Virus record (IMG/VR): IMGVR_UViG_3300046168_000001 | Span: 1 to 58,751 of that record | Reading direction: 5' to 3' (one strand) | Source: a virus | Taxonomy: Duplodnaviria; Caudoviricetes | Length of the DNA: 58,751 nucleotides | Part shown: positions 29,866 to 38,871 of the stretch, one piece after another | Layout of the letters: each line of letters opens with the position of its first letter | Numbering within the stretch: the stretch's first letter is position 1 | The notes under the pieces: generated by a model | Databases searched by the model: none | What the model was told of the DNA's origin: nothing | Seen by the model: only the letters and a program-made list of their open reading frames with translations | Position numbers and translations under genes: made by a program

Positions 29866-30425
29866 TGGCGGTTAGAGTTGCAACGGCTGGTGATAAAGCT
29901 AGAAGAAATAATTTAAAATACAACACTCCTCCTCTAGCAGGAAGACCACAAGACCCCACATTAGAACAACAAGCAGCTGCTATAGCAAAAAAGAAAGCTA
30001 TGGCAAAAGGTGAAGAGGTTGCAATGCCAATGTTTGAAAACGCTTTGGCTAAAATTAAAACTGCATTTTCTCCTACTTCAACAGCAACATCTGCTGCTCC
30101 AATCGCAGAAGGTGCAACAATGGCTGAGGTAGCTGCAGGTGCAGGTGGTAACGCTATTGGTACTGTTGGTACTGGACTAACCGAAGCTGCTGCTGCTAAT
30201 GCTGCTTCAGGGGCTGCTGGATCAGGTATGATGGCTGGTCTTGGTGCTGCCGCGCCGTGGTTGCTTGGTGGTTATTTTGGTGGTAAAGCTCTTGGTTTAT
30301 TTAATCGGGGTGGTTATGTTAACGGTCCGTTATCGTTATCTAAGGTTCGCTATAAAAAATCAGGTGGACCTGTCAATGAAGAGATCGAAGTATCCTATGG
30401 TGGACCTTTATCTAAAGGAGTTTAG
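29865..30425 (+). CDS. Internal virion (ejection) protein
   Basis: Ala/Gly-rich with hydrophobic segment; position in ejection module. Confidence 0.65.
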   Translation: MAVRVATAGDKARRNNLKYNTPPLAGRPQDPTLEQQAAAIAKKKAMAKGEEVAMPMFENALAKIKTAFSPTSTATSAAPIAEGATMAEVAAGAGGNAIGTVGTGLTEAAAANAASGAAGSGMMAGLGAAAPWLLGGYFGGKALGLFNRGGYVNGPLSLSKVRYKKSGGPVNEEIEVSYGGPLSKGV

Positions 30426-30427
30426 TT

Positions 30428-31693
30428 ATGTCAATACCCTATCAACCAACTTTTAAGTTGCAACCTAAAACAGGTTTCCGGTATGCTTCACAACCTTTTG
30501 TACCACCAACACAACCAATTAATGCACCCCCTCCTCTTGGACTAGACGGGAGTGGTGCTGCTCCTCCACCTGTTATGGGAGCACAACAAGGTCCTGCTTA
30601 TGCTAATGACCCTTTTGGTGGTGGTGATAATCAGTTTCAAGCAAATTATAAACCTGCTGCTCAAAGCTTAGGGTACACACAGGGTACACAAAACCCAATG
30701 AATATGCTCCGAGGGGTTCCAGTTTTAGGGACAGCTATGAGTGCTATGGGTGCTTTTGATAATTTACCAGATCAAACCTATGGTACTTACGGAACTTATG
30801 ATAACTCTGGTAATGTGTTTGGTAGAGAGGGTCGTGCTTATAATCCAGTTACTGGTCGAGCCGCACAATCTTATGCAAAACCAAGTGACTGGTATGGAAG
30901 TTGGCTTGGAATTGGCACACCTGAAGGACTTGGTGGTTCTAGTAGTAGCTATGGTAAACTTAGAGCAGCAGGAGAAGGGCCAATTCAATCTGCATTAGGT
31001 AGTTATGAAAACTCTCTTTATAGACAGCAAGAGTTAAACCCTAATCTTAACACAGCACAAGCAAGAGCCGCAATGTTAAGAGGAACTGCAGACGCTAGTG
31101 GTGTTCCAACTATGCAAGGAGTAATAGAAGCTAATACTGCAATGTATGATCCAGCATATGCAGCAGCACAGGGTTTTGCAGATGACGATTTAGATCGTAT
31201 GGGTGGAACTGAAGTTACTAAAGAAATGTTAGGTTTTACAGATGCAAGACCTGATCCTGGCAAAATCAGTGGCAGGTTTGGAACTCAAGCTGGAGATGTA
31301 GCCCGTACTCAAATGGGTCTTGGAGTTATAAATCAATCAGGGCAAATAGAAACACCTACTGGAACTGTTGTTGCTATAAGTGATCCATATAATCCTGGAA
31401 AAAATATTTCATTGTTAGGAAGTACTCTTAACTCAACTGATGGTCGCTCAACTTTAAGCGCACAAAACGAATTAGCAAGAAACCAAGCATTAGATGCTCG
31501 TGCTAACCCAGAAGGTTCGGGTATGTCTGGCTTTAATGTTAGTGACGGAGATGGCGGTAGTTATCAAACAAGCTCTACAGGAGCTTCAAAAGGTATGGGC
31601 AGTCAAGCAGGACAAACTATTTACGGCATGGAAGATGAGTATGATGATCCTCCCCCTACTACTAATGATGATAATAATTCAGGAGGTAAATGA
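30428..31693 (+). CDS. Internal virion protein
   Basis: Gly/Pro-rich 421 aa; position in ejection module. Confidence 0.6.
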   Translation: MSIPYQPTFKLQPKTGFRYASQPFVPPTQPINAPPPLGLDGSGAAPPPVMGAQQGPAYANDPFGGGDNQFQANYKPAAQSLGYTQGTQNPMNMLRGVPVLGTAMSAMGAFDNLPDQTYGTYGTYDNSGNVFGREGRAYNPVTGRAAQSYAKPSDWYGSWLGIGTPEGLGGSSSSYGKLRAAGEGPIQSALGSYENSLYRQQELNPNLNTAQARAAMLRGTADASGVPTMQGVIEANTAMYDPAYAAAQGFADDDLDRMGGTEVTKEMLGFTDARPDPGKISGRFGTQAGDVARTQMGLGVINQSGQIETPTGTVVAISDPYNPGKNISLLGSTLNSTDGRSTLSAQNELARNQALDARANPEGSGMSGFNVSDGDGGSYQTSSTGASKGMGSQAGQTIYGMEDEYDDPPPTTNDDNNSGGK

Positions 31694-34600
31694 TGAAGCT
31701 TAAAAGTTTTACAAACAAAGATCGTTACGGCAACATGACCTCCTTTGAGTTTTATGAAGATTCAAATGTACCTATGATGGAAGGTATACCTGATCATCCA
31801 GGGAACCCTAAAGGCACTGACACAGTACCTGCATGGCTAACCCCTGGTGAGTTTGTAATGAACGCTGAAGCTACTCGTATGTTTGAGCCACAGATAGAAC
31901 AGATGAACAATGTTGGTCGTGCTGTACAGGCAAAACAAGGGGGTACAATCCCTGAGTATTCTGCACACGGTGGCCCTGTGTATATGGAGACAGGTGGTTT
32001 CTTAGACAAACTATTAGGGATGTTTACTAGCAGTTCAAATGAACCTACTAGAACAGCTAAAGAAGTTTTTGATGAAAGAATTCCTGCTCTTCAAAATAAA
32101 ACTAACCCCCCAACCCCTACAAGACCAGATCCGTTTATATCTAATAAGATGTATATGGATTTTCTTAAAGACAAAGAAGGGTTTCGTAATGAAGCTTATC
32201 TTGACTCTGCAGGTGTCCCAACAATTGGTTATGGGTTTACTGAAGGTGTTAAGATGGGTGACACTATTTCTGAAGAAGAAGCTAATAAAAGACTTCTTAG
32301 AGAAATGGCTAGGACCGATCAAGATTATAACAATCTTGTTTCAGCTGATCTTAATCCTAACCAACAAGCTGCTGTTAAATCATTACTATATAATATTGGT
32401 GGTCCACAGTTTGAAGTTAGTAAAGCTCGTGCTGCTCTTAATTCAGGTGACTTTGAAACCTTTAAGAAAGAAGCTGCAGAGTTTCGAATGGCTGATGGTA
32501 AGGTAATCCCAGGATTAGAAAACCGTAGGCGTGATGAGCTAGAGTTGTTCTTTAAGCCTTATAGTTCTTCTAAAGATGACTCTGATGATTATGGCGATGA
32601 TACTGCTTTGTCAGGGCCTGAAATACTTAAACAAATAGTAGATAGAGAAACCGGACCTGTTGATCCAAATGCTCCAGATATGCCTGTAGATCCAGGACTT
32701 CTTGCTGCAGTTGAAGCACAAAAAGCACAGGTCCCGCCAATGGATGGTGTTCCTCCAAAGGGTAAACCAGTAGGGGAAGGTAATAAATTTGATATCGATG
32801 GCGATGGATTTCTTTCAAAAGAAGAACTGTTAGCTGCAAGAAATCAAATGATTCCAAGTAAGGATAATGTTAAAGGAAGTGCATCTACACCTCTTAACAT
32901 TATGCCATCAGGTAATCAAATAGTTATCCAAGGCCCAGACTCTCTTATTGCTAGACAAGAGCAAATACTTCAAGATATGATTGCTGCTAATGCACCACCA
33001 TCTGAAATTTATGCTCAACAACAAAAGATTGATCGTATTAATAATATAGCTCCTAGACAAGAAGCTTTTTCTAATGTTGTAAAAGCACAAAATAAAGTAG
33101 AACCAATTAATAATCAAATAGAAGATCTTGAAACTCAAATCCAAAGGCTTGAAGCAGCAGGATTATATGACAGAGCAAATTCATTACGTTCAGAAGTAGC
33201 AAATCTTAAAGCAGAAAAACCAAAACTACAAGCAGAACTAGATGCAGCTAATGCTGCTCAAGATGATTTGTATAGAGATGCAACCTTAAGCGATGGTACT
33301 GTTATCCCTGATGTAGGAAAAGTTACTGCTGATCAACTTGAAGGGGATGGAACTATTCCTCCTCCTCCACTTGATCTAGAAGGTGGTGTAGCGCAAGGCA
33401 TGGATGATGTTCCTGCAATAAATGAGCCTCCTAAACCAGAAGAAAAATCTTCTGCAACATCTGTAACAGGGATGGATAATGAATACGATGAAGAGTTAGA
33501 TTCTACAACTCAAACTATAATTGATCGTATTATTGCTGATGAAAACTTTAAGGATGATGGAACAACATCTGGTCAAACTGAAAACAGTGCTATTAAAACT
33601 GGAGAAAATGCTGATCCTAAAGATGTAAGCAAAGCTGAGTCTTTCTTATCAGATATCTTTGGTGACCTTTTTGATAAAGACGAACTTAAACGTATGGCTA
33701 TTATGTATGTTGGTTCTCGCATGATGGGTGGATCTCATAACGGCTCTATGAACTTTGCTGCTAAACAATACGTATCACGTGTTGATAAGAAAGTAGCGAC
33801 TAAAAAAGCTGAAGAGAAAGCCTTAGCTGAAGAAAAGCGTCTTGATAAAAAGGCATTAGCTAAAGAGCGTAGGCAACTAGTTGATGATCTTATTAAAGCA
33901 GATAAAAGAACACCAGAATCAATTTCTGCTTTTGAAAAATCTGGTGACGCTAGAGATCTTGTAACTAAACCTGTTCTTACTAAACCTCCTACTTCTACAG
34001 GTAAAACTTTTACTTTTTACGATAAAGGTGGAAGAGGTAAAGTTACTGCTTTACAAATGAAAGATGATAATGGAAACATCTTTTATGTAAACTCTCAAGG
34101 TAAACAGCTTAATCCTTTTGCTTTTCATCAAGATCCATCTTTGGTTCCAAACACTCCAGAGTATGAGGATAGAGAATTAAAAATTAGTAAACAAATGAGT
34201 GATTCTCTTGAAGACTTAATTAAACGAGATACTGTTGTAGTTAATGGTAAGGAAGTAAAACCTGTTGGGTTTGCTACTGGATCTCAGGGTATGGAAGTAG
34301 CTCGTTGGATGAACAGAAATAAAATACCTGCAAACTACATGGGTAGTATTCTTGAATCCGCATATGCAGCTGCTGCAGCAGAACAGAAAGCAACTGGTAA
34401 TAAGGTTACTAACATTACTTCATATCTTGACAAAGCGTTTATTGATCGTATCCCAGGGAATGAAGGTATCTTTACACGTGAAGATGGAGAGCGTGTTGAC
34501 TCTGGAAAGGTAATGAACCTGATTGGTCAAGGTGTTTCTATCCTCAGGTCTAAACCTGGGCAAGAAAGCAAGTCTGATGAACAACTTCAGAATGATATGC

Positions 34601-34740
34601 TTGCTGCAATGCGTAAAGAATGGTTTGCTCTTGATGATAAAGTCCGTGGTGAATATAACACCAAGGGTACTAATGAGGGTGAAACAGGCTTTATGGTATT
34701 TATGCAACAGCAGATTGCTGAAGATGTAAAACAATCTTAA
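31690..34740 (+). CDS. Internal virion protein with GH24 lysozyme domain
   Basis: EGFRNEAYLDSAGVPTIGYG, YNIG, PGLENRR..E; GTDTVPAWLTPGEFV; coiled coils. Confidence 0.85.
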   Translation: MMKLKSFTNKDRYGNMTSFEFYEDSNVPMMEGIPDHPGNPKGTDTVPAWLTPGEFVMNAEATRMFEPQIEQMNNVGRAVQAKQGGTIPEYSAHGGPVYMETGGFLDKLLGMFTSSSNEPTRTAKEVFDERIPALQNKTNPPTPTRPDPFISNKMYMDFLKDKEGFRNEAYLDSAGVPTIGYGFTEGVKMGDTISEEEANKRLLREMARTDQDYNNLVSADLNPNQQAAVKSLLYNIGGPQFEVSKARAALNSGDFETFKKEAAEFRMADGKVIPGLENRRRDELELFFKPYSSSKDDSDDYGDDTALSGPEILKQIVDRETGPVDPNAPDMPVDPGLLAAVEAQKAQVPPMDGVPPKGKPVGEGNKFDIDGDGFLSKEELLAARNQMIPSKDNVKGSASTPLNIMPSGNQIVIQGPDSLIARQEQILQDMIAANAPPSEIYAQQQKIDRINNIAPRQEAFSNVVKAQNKVEPINNQIEDLETQIQRLEAAGLYDRANSLRSEVANLKAEKPKLQAELDAANAAQDDLYRDATLSDGTVIPDVGKVTADQLEGDGTIPPPPLDLEGGVAQGMDDVPAINEPPKPEEKSSATSVTGMDNEYDEELDSTTQTIIDRIIADENFKDDGTTSGQTENSAIKTGENADPKDVSKAESFLSDIFGDLFDKDELKRMAIMYVGSRMMGGSHNGSMNFAAKQYVSRVDKKVATKKAEEKALAEEKRLDKKALAKERRQLVDDLIKADKRTPESISAFEKSGDARDLVTKPVLTKPPTSTGKTFTFYDKGGRGKVTALQMKDDNGNIFYVNSQGKQLNPFAFHQDPSLVPNTPEYEDRELKISKQMSDSLEDLIKRDTVVVNGKEVKPVGFATGSQGMEVARWMNRNKIPANYMGSILESAYAAAAAEQKATGNKVTNITSYLDKAFIDRIPGNEGIFTREDGERVDSGKVMNLIGQGVSILRSKPGQESKSDEQLQNDMLAAMRKEWFALDDKVRGEYNTKGTNEGETGFMVFMQQQIAEDVKQS

Positions 34741-34758
34741 CATAGTAAGGAGAATAGT

Positions 34759-37700
34759 ATGTCAATATTCGATAGGATTGCTGAGAAACCTTCTAATTTT
34801 ATTGAAGGAACTAACATGTCCCTTTTGGATGGAGATACTGCTGTAGATAACGACACTGGTGAAAAATACAGACTTGCCAGTGTCGATACTGCAGAGATTG
34901 ATCGCTATGTTGGTGGTGAGTTTCAGGCAGGTACTGCAGGTGGTTCAACATCAACAGCGGAAGTCTCTAAACTTATGAATGAGTTTGGATATAATAATGT
35001 AAAGCCTAGACTAGATGAGAATGGAGAGATCTTAAGAGACCCAAATGGTCGTATCATTGCTGACTTTGTTAATGATCAAGGTGAAACATTTTCTAGTCGC
35101 TTACTATCTGAGGGTGTTCTTAAACCTACAAAGTGGTCTTCTAATATTGAAGCAGATATCTATCAACTTGGTCAACTTAGAAGGGATCAAAAGAATCTTC
35201 AAGAGATGGATCTTGAAAATGCACCTACTGAATCTTCATGGGATCTTGCTCGTACAAACATTGAAGAAGCCATGCGTAAAGAGGGCTTCCGTCAGTATGG
35301 TTTAAAGAAAGTTGCCCACAATGAAGAAGAACTAGCTCGTGCTCAAGCGTCTGGTGTGTCTAGTTACTATGACATGAACAGGGTTGCAAGCAGAGCTAAG
35401 GATAGGACACTTCTTAATGAAGCCCTTAACCCTTATTCTGATTCATGGGAACAGGCTTGGATTGGTGTAGATGAAGCTATGGCTGGCCTTCAAAACATGT
35501 GGGGTGATCTTACAGATAACGAATATCATTCCCGTGTAGGCAAGATGGGTGTTGAACGTAATCGCAGAAGACTTGCAGAGTATGCCACTCGTATTGTTGA
35601 TTGGCGTGATGTGGACGATATCTCTAGTGGTATTGATTACGTTGTTAACAATGCTGCTATGTCTCTCCCATACATGATGATTGCTGCAGGATCTGCTTTA
35701 GCTGCTCCTCTTGTAGGAACCGCTGCAGGTGTTGCTGGTGCAGGTGCTGCTGTAACAGGTGCTGTAACGCTAGGGGCTAGTATGCTTGCACCCTCTGCAA
35801 TTTATGCAGGTCAAACTTATAATGAAATGGAAGGTGAAAAGAATATTGGTGTTGCTGTAACTTCTGGTATTCTACAAGGTACTCTTGATCGTATTGGTGT
35901 TGGTCTTATATTTAAAACTGGTACACCAACTAAAGAAGTTCTTAACAAAGCCTTAAAAGAATTAACAAAACCTGTAGCAAAAGGTGGTAAAGGATTAACT
36001 CTTGAAGCTGCACAAGATCTATTATCTAATGCTAGTAAAAAGACTATTGCTGATTTTACCAAAGATGCTGCTAATGCTGCTAGGTCACAACTTACAGGTA
36101 AGGCTATCTTTAAAGATTTAGCAACTCGTGGAATTATTGGTGGTGCTGGTGAGGCAGTCACTGAAGGACTTCAAGAAGCCACTGCATACACTGCAGCTAC
36201 TCTTGGTTCTGATAAGGTCTTTGACTATAATGAACTTACAGACAGGATGATTGATGGTGCTATTGCAGGTGGTGTTCTTGGTACATCTTTTTCAGCCCCA
36301 GGAGCCGCTGTTAACGCAGGGATCTGGGCAGACATTGCAGTACGTCAAGCACCAGCAGACGCTAAAAGGTTGTCTGATGCTGGTCGATACGCTGAAGAAG
36401 AACGTGCTAGAAGTTCTGATAATCGTATTATTTCTATTGAAGAAGGATTAGATAATATATATGATGGTACTCAACCAACTGAAACTGTAGATCGTGAAAC
36501 AGGAGAAATAACAGAGTATGATGGTAACTATTTTGAACCCTTAGACATACGAGAACAAGAACACAAGGGTAAAAAGGTAGACCGTAGCATTGGGCAATCA
36601 ATTGCTGCAGGATTAGCTAAACTTCCTAAGTTTTGGAGAGGCTCTGTTAATTACTTATTTCCTGATGAGGTTCTTGATAAGTCAAGGTCTGCTAGATTTC
36701 TAAAAGAAGCAATGGGTGGTGGTCTTCAAAAAGTATTTAGTGGTAATGGATTTGAAAACTTTAAGTTTAACCTAGTAGCCACATATAAAAACATGGTTCC
36801 AGAGCCATCAAGTTTTTACAGTATTTGGAATGATGGTAAAATGTCCAGTGCTACAAGAAGAAAAGAAATAAGTAATGAAATATATTCTATTCTTCGTAGT
36901 GCAATTAACAATGAAACAAAAACATTCGATCCTTCTGTAATTGAAAACATGACTTTACCACAACATAAAAAGCAAGCACTTATTCTTTTAGGTTCTCAAA
37001 TGAATGAGATGTCTGATACAATGTACACAGATCAGAATAAATATGTAAAACGTGAAGGTAAGGGAAAAGAGCTTGGTTATGTTGATAACTATCTTTTAAG
37101 ATTTAAATCTCTTGATAAGGTAGCTATTAAAAAGAATCGTGCAGGTTTTGAAGCAGCCCTACAACAAGAGGCTAACCTTAGTGTTCCTCAAGCTAAAGAA
37201 CTAACTGATCAGATTTTAGATAATCCTGAGGTAAATGATCTTAGTTTACTTGATGATAGTTTTTCTGTCACTAAAGGGGGTATTGTTCCTACAGCACATA
37301 GAGAAAGGACTCTTGGGTTGTCTGAAAGGGATGCTTTTAATGAGTTTATGGAGCAAGACATCTTTGCTAACATGTCTACTGCTGCTAAGTCTGCTGCACG
37401 TTTTGTAACACATCGTAAATACATTGGTAAGAATGGTGAAATGCTAGCAGCACAATTACAACAGATGGAAAATGAGGGTGTTCCTAGAGAAAAAGTAAAT
37501 GAAATAGCTATGGGCCTTAAAGATTTTCTAGATGCTGAATCAGGAAACTATAAACGTCCAACAAGCAAAGACGGTAAGCTAGCAGTTGGAATCCAAAAGA
37601 ATCTTATGTTTGTTACAACAATAGCAACTCTAGGTCTTGCCACAGTAGCTTCTATTGTAGAGCTTGCGTTAGCAGGTCGTGCTCTTACGGCAGAACAAAT

Positions 37701-38871
37701 ATATGGTCGTAAGGGGGCTACGTCTGGTGATACAAGCTTAGCGTCTTTTGGTAAAGAATTAGCAAAGGTTATTTCAGATGCTGTTAGGTTTGCAGGGAAT
37801 ACTGCTGTTCTTAAAGATCCAGGAGTAACCAGTGAGTCACGTGGTCAAGAACTGATACGTAGTCTTGGTTATTATGAATGGGATGTTGGTGCTGCTACAG
37901 TTACTGGTGTTACAGAAATGAACCCAGTGCATGAAAAGTACTATAAGTTGTTCTTTAAAATGACAGGTCTTACAGGTTGGACAAATATGACTCGTGCTAT
38001 TCGTGGGTCTATCGCTGCTGATTATATGTTTGATCACACAAAAACTATAGCTGAAGCTAGAGAAACGGGTTTGCCTAAAACCAATGAAGTTCAAGAAGCA
38101 GAAGAAGCTTTAAGAAACATTGGTGTAAACGTTGATGATGCTGTAGAAGTCTATCGTGCAGATCAAAGGGCAGGACCTAATGAACTTCTGTCTCCAGAGT
38201 TAGAGGCAAAACGTGAAGCTAATATGAGAACAGGTGCATTTAATTTTATTAATGACGCTGTTGCTTTACCTATGGTGGCTAACAGACCAATGATCTATCA
38301 AGACCCAAGGTTTGCTTTGTTCACACAGTTTCAAGGATTTATTGCTACATTTACAGCTAATCATATCCCTAAGTTATGGGGTGAGTATGTTAAACGTGGT
38401 ACTCCTTCAATGAAGTACAATGCTTTTGCTATTATGTGTACAATGATTATGCTTGGATTTGCATCTCAATATCTTAAAGACTTGATTAAGTTTGGAGATA
38501 GAGATGAAGATGAATTGAAAACACTTGGTAATCCATACCTTGATACAGGTGAGTATGTCCAACGTGGTATACGTGCGTCTGGATTGATGGGTGTTGGAGA
38601 ACGTGTCTTTGATCAGTTCTTTCCTTTGTATGAACAAAGGTCTGATAATGCATTAGAGTGGGCTTGGAATACAGTAAGTGGTGAAGCACCTGCTGCAGGA
38701 ACAGTTAAACGTGTTGCAAAGACATTAACTAATCTCGGCACTGGTGATTTTGGTGGTGCTGCTCAACAGGCAAGTAAACTAGTTCCGTTTATTGGTATCG
38801 TTGGTGGTGCTGAAAGACTTTCAAACTTATACGATTGGGATTATAAAGGGGAAGAGAATGGCAGTAATTAG
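34759..38871 (+). CDS. Large internal virion protein with N-terminal SNase/thermonuclease-like domain
   Basis: LLDGDT, YRLASVDTAE, DPNGRIIA, LLSEG; Gly/Ala TM-like region and GEAVTEGLQE motif typical of ejection proteins. Confidence 0.7.
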   Translation: MSIFDRIAEKPSNFIEGTNMSLLDGDTAVDNDTGEKYRLASVDTAEIDRYVGGEFQAGTAGGSTSTAEVSKLMNEFGYNNVKPRLDENGEILRDPNGRIIADFVNDQGETFSSRLLSEGVLKPTKWSSNIEADIYQLGQLRRDQKNLQEMDLENAPTESSWDLARTNIEEAMRKEGFRQYGLKKVAHNEEELARAQASGVSSYYDMNRVASRAKDRTLLNEALNPYSDSWEQAWIGVDEAMAGLQNMWGDLTDNEYHSRVGKMGVERNRRRLAEYATRIVDWRDVDDISSGIDYVVNNAAMSLPYMMIAAGSALAAPLVGTAAGVAGAGAAVTGAVTLGASMLAPSAIYAGQTYNEMEGEKNIGVAVTSGILQGTLDRIGVGLIFKTGTPTKEVLNKALKELTKPVAKGGKGLTLEAAQDLLSNASKKTIADFTKDAANAARSQLTGKAIFKDLATRGIIGGAGEAVTEGLQEATAYTAATLGSDKVFDYNELTDRMIDGAIAGGVLGTSFSAPGAAVNAGIWADIAVRQAPADAKRLSDAGRYAEEERARSSDNRIISIEEGLDNIYDGTQPTETVDRETGEITEYDGNYFEPLDIREQEHKGKKVDRSIGQSIAAGLAKLPKFWRGSVNYLFPDEVLDKSRSARFLKEAMGGGLQKVFSGNGFENFKFNLVATYKNMVPEPSSFYSIWNDGKMSSATRRKEISNEIYSILRSAINNETKTFDPSVIENMTLPQHKKQALILLGSQMNEMSDTMYTDQNKYVKREGKGKELGYVDNYLLRFKSLDKVAIKKNRAGFEAALQQEANLSVPQAKELTDQILDNPEVNDLSLLDDSFSVTKGGIVPTAHRERTLGLSERDAFNEFMEQDIFANMSTAAKSAARFVTHRKYIGKNGEMLAAQLQQMENEGVPREKVNEIAMGLKDFLDAESGNYKRPTSKDGKLAVGIQKNLMFVTTIATLGLATVASIVELALAGRALTAEQIYGRKGATSGDTSLASFGKELAKVISDAVRFAGNTAVLKDPGVTSESRGQELIRSLGYYEWDVGAATVTGVTEMNPVHEKYYKLFFKMTGLTGWTNMTRAIRGSIAADYMFDHTKTIAEARETGLPKTNEVQEAEEALRNIGVNVDDAVEVYRADQRAGPNELLSPELEAKREANMRTGAFNFINDAVALPMVANRPMIYQDPRFALFTQFQGFIATFTANHIPKLWGEYVKRGTPSMKYNAFAIMCTMIMLGFASQYLKDLIKFGDRDEDELKTLGNPYLDTGEYVQRGIRASGLMGVGERVFDQFFPLYEQRSDNALEWAWNTVSGEAPAAGTVKRVAKTLTNLGTGDFGGAAQQASKLVPFIGIVGGAERLSNLYDWDYKGEENGSN

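Noticed and set aside
29845-31693. Shared C-terminal SGGK in two ejection proteins as a sorting tag
   Set aside because: Explained by the GGAGGT Shine-Dalgarno of the overlapping next gene
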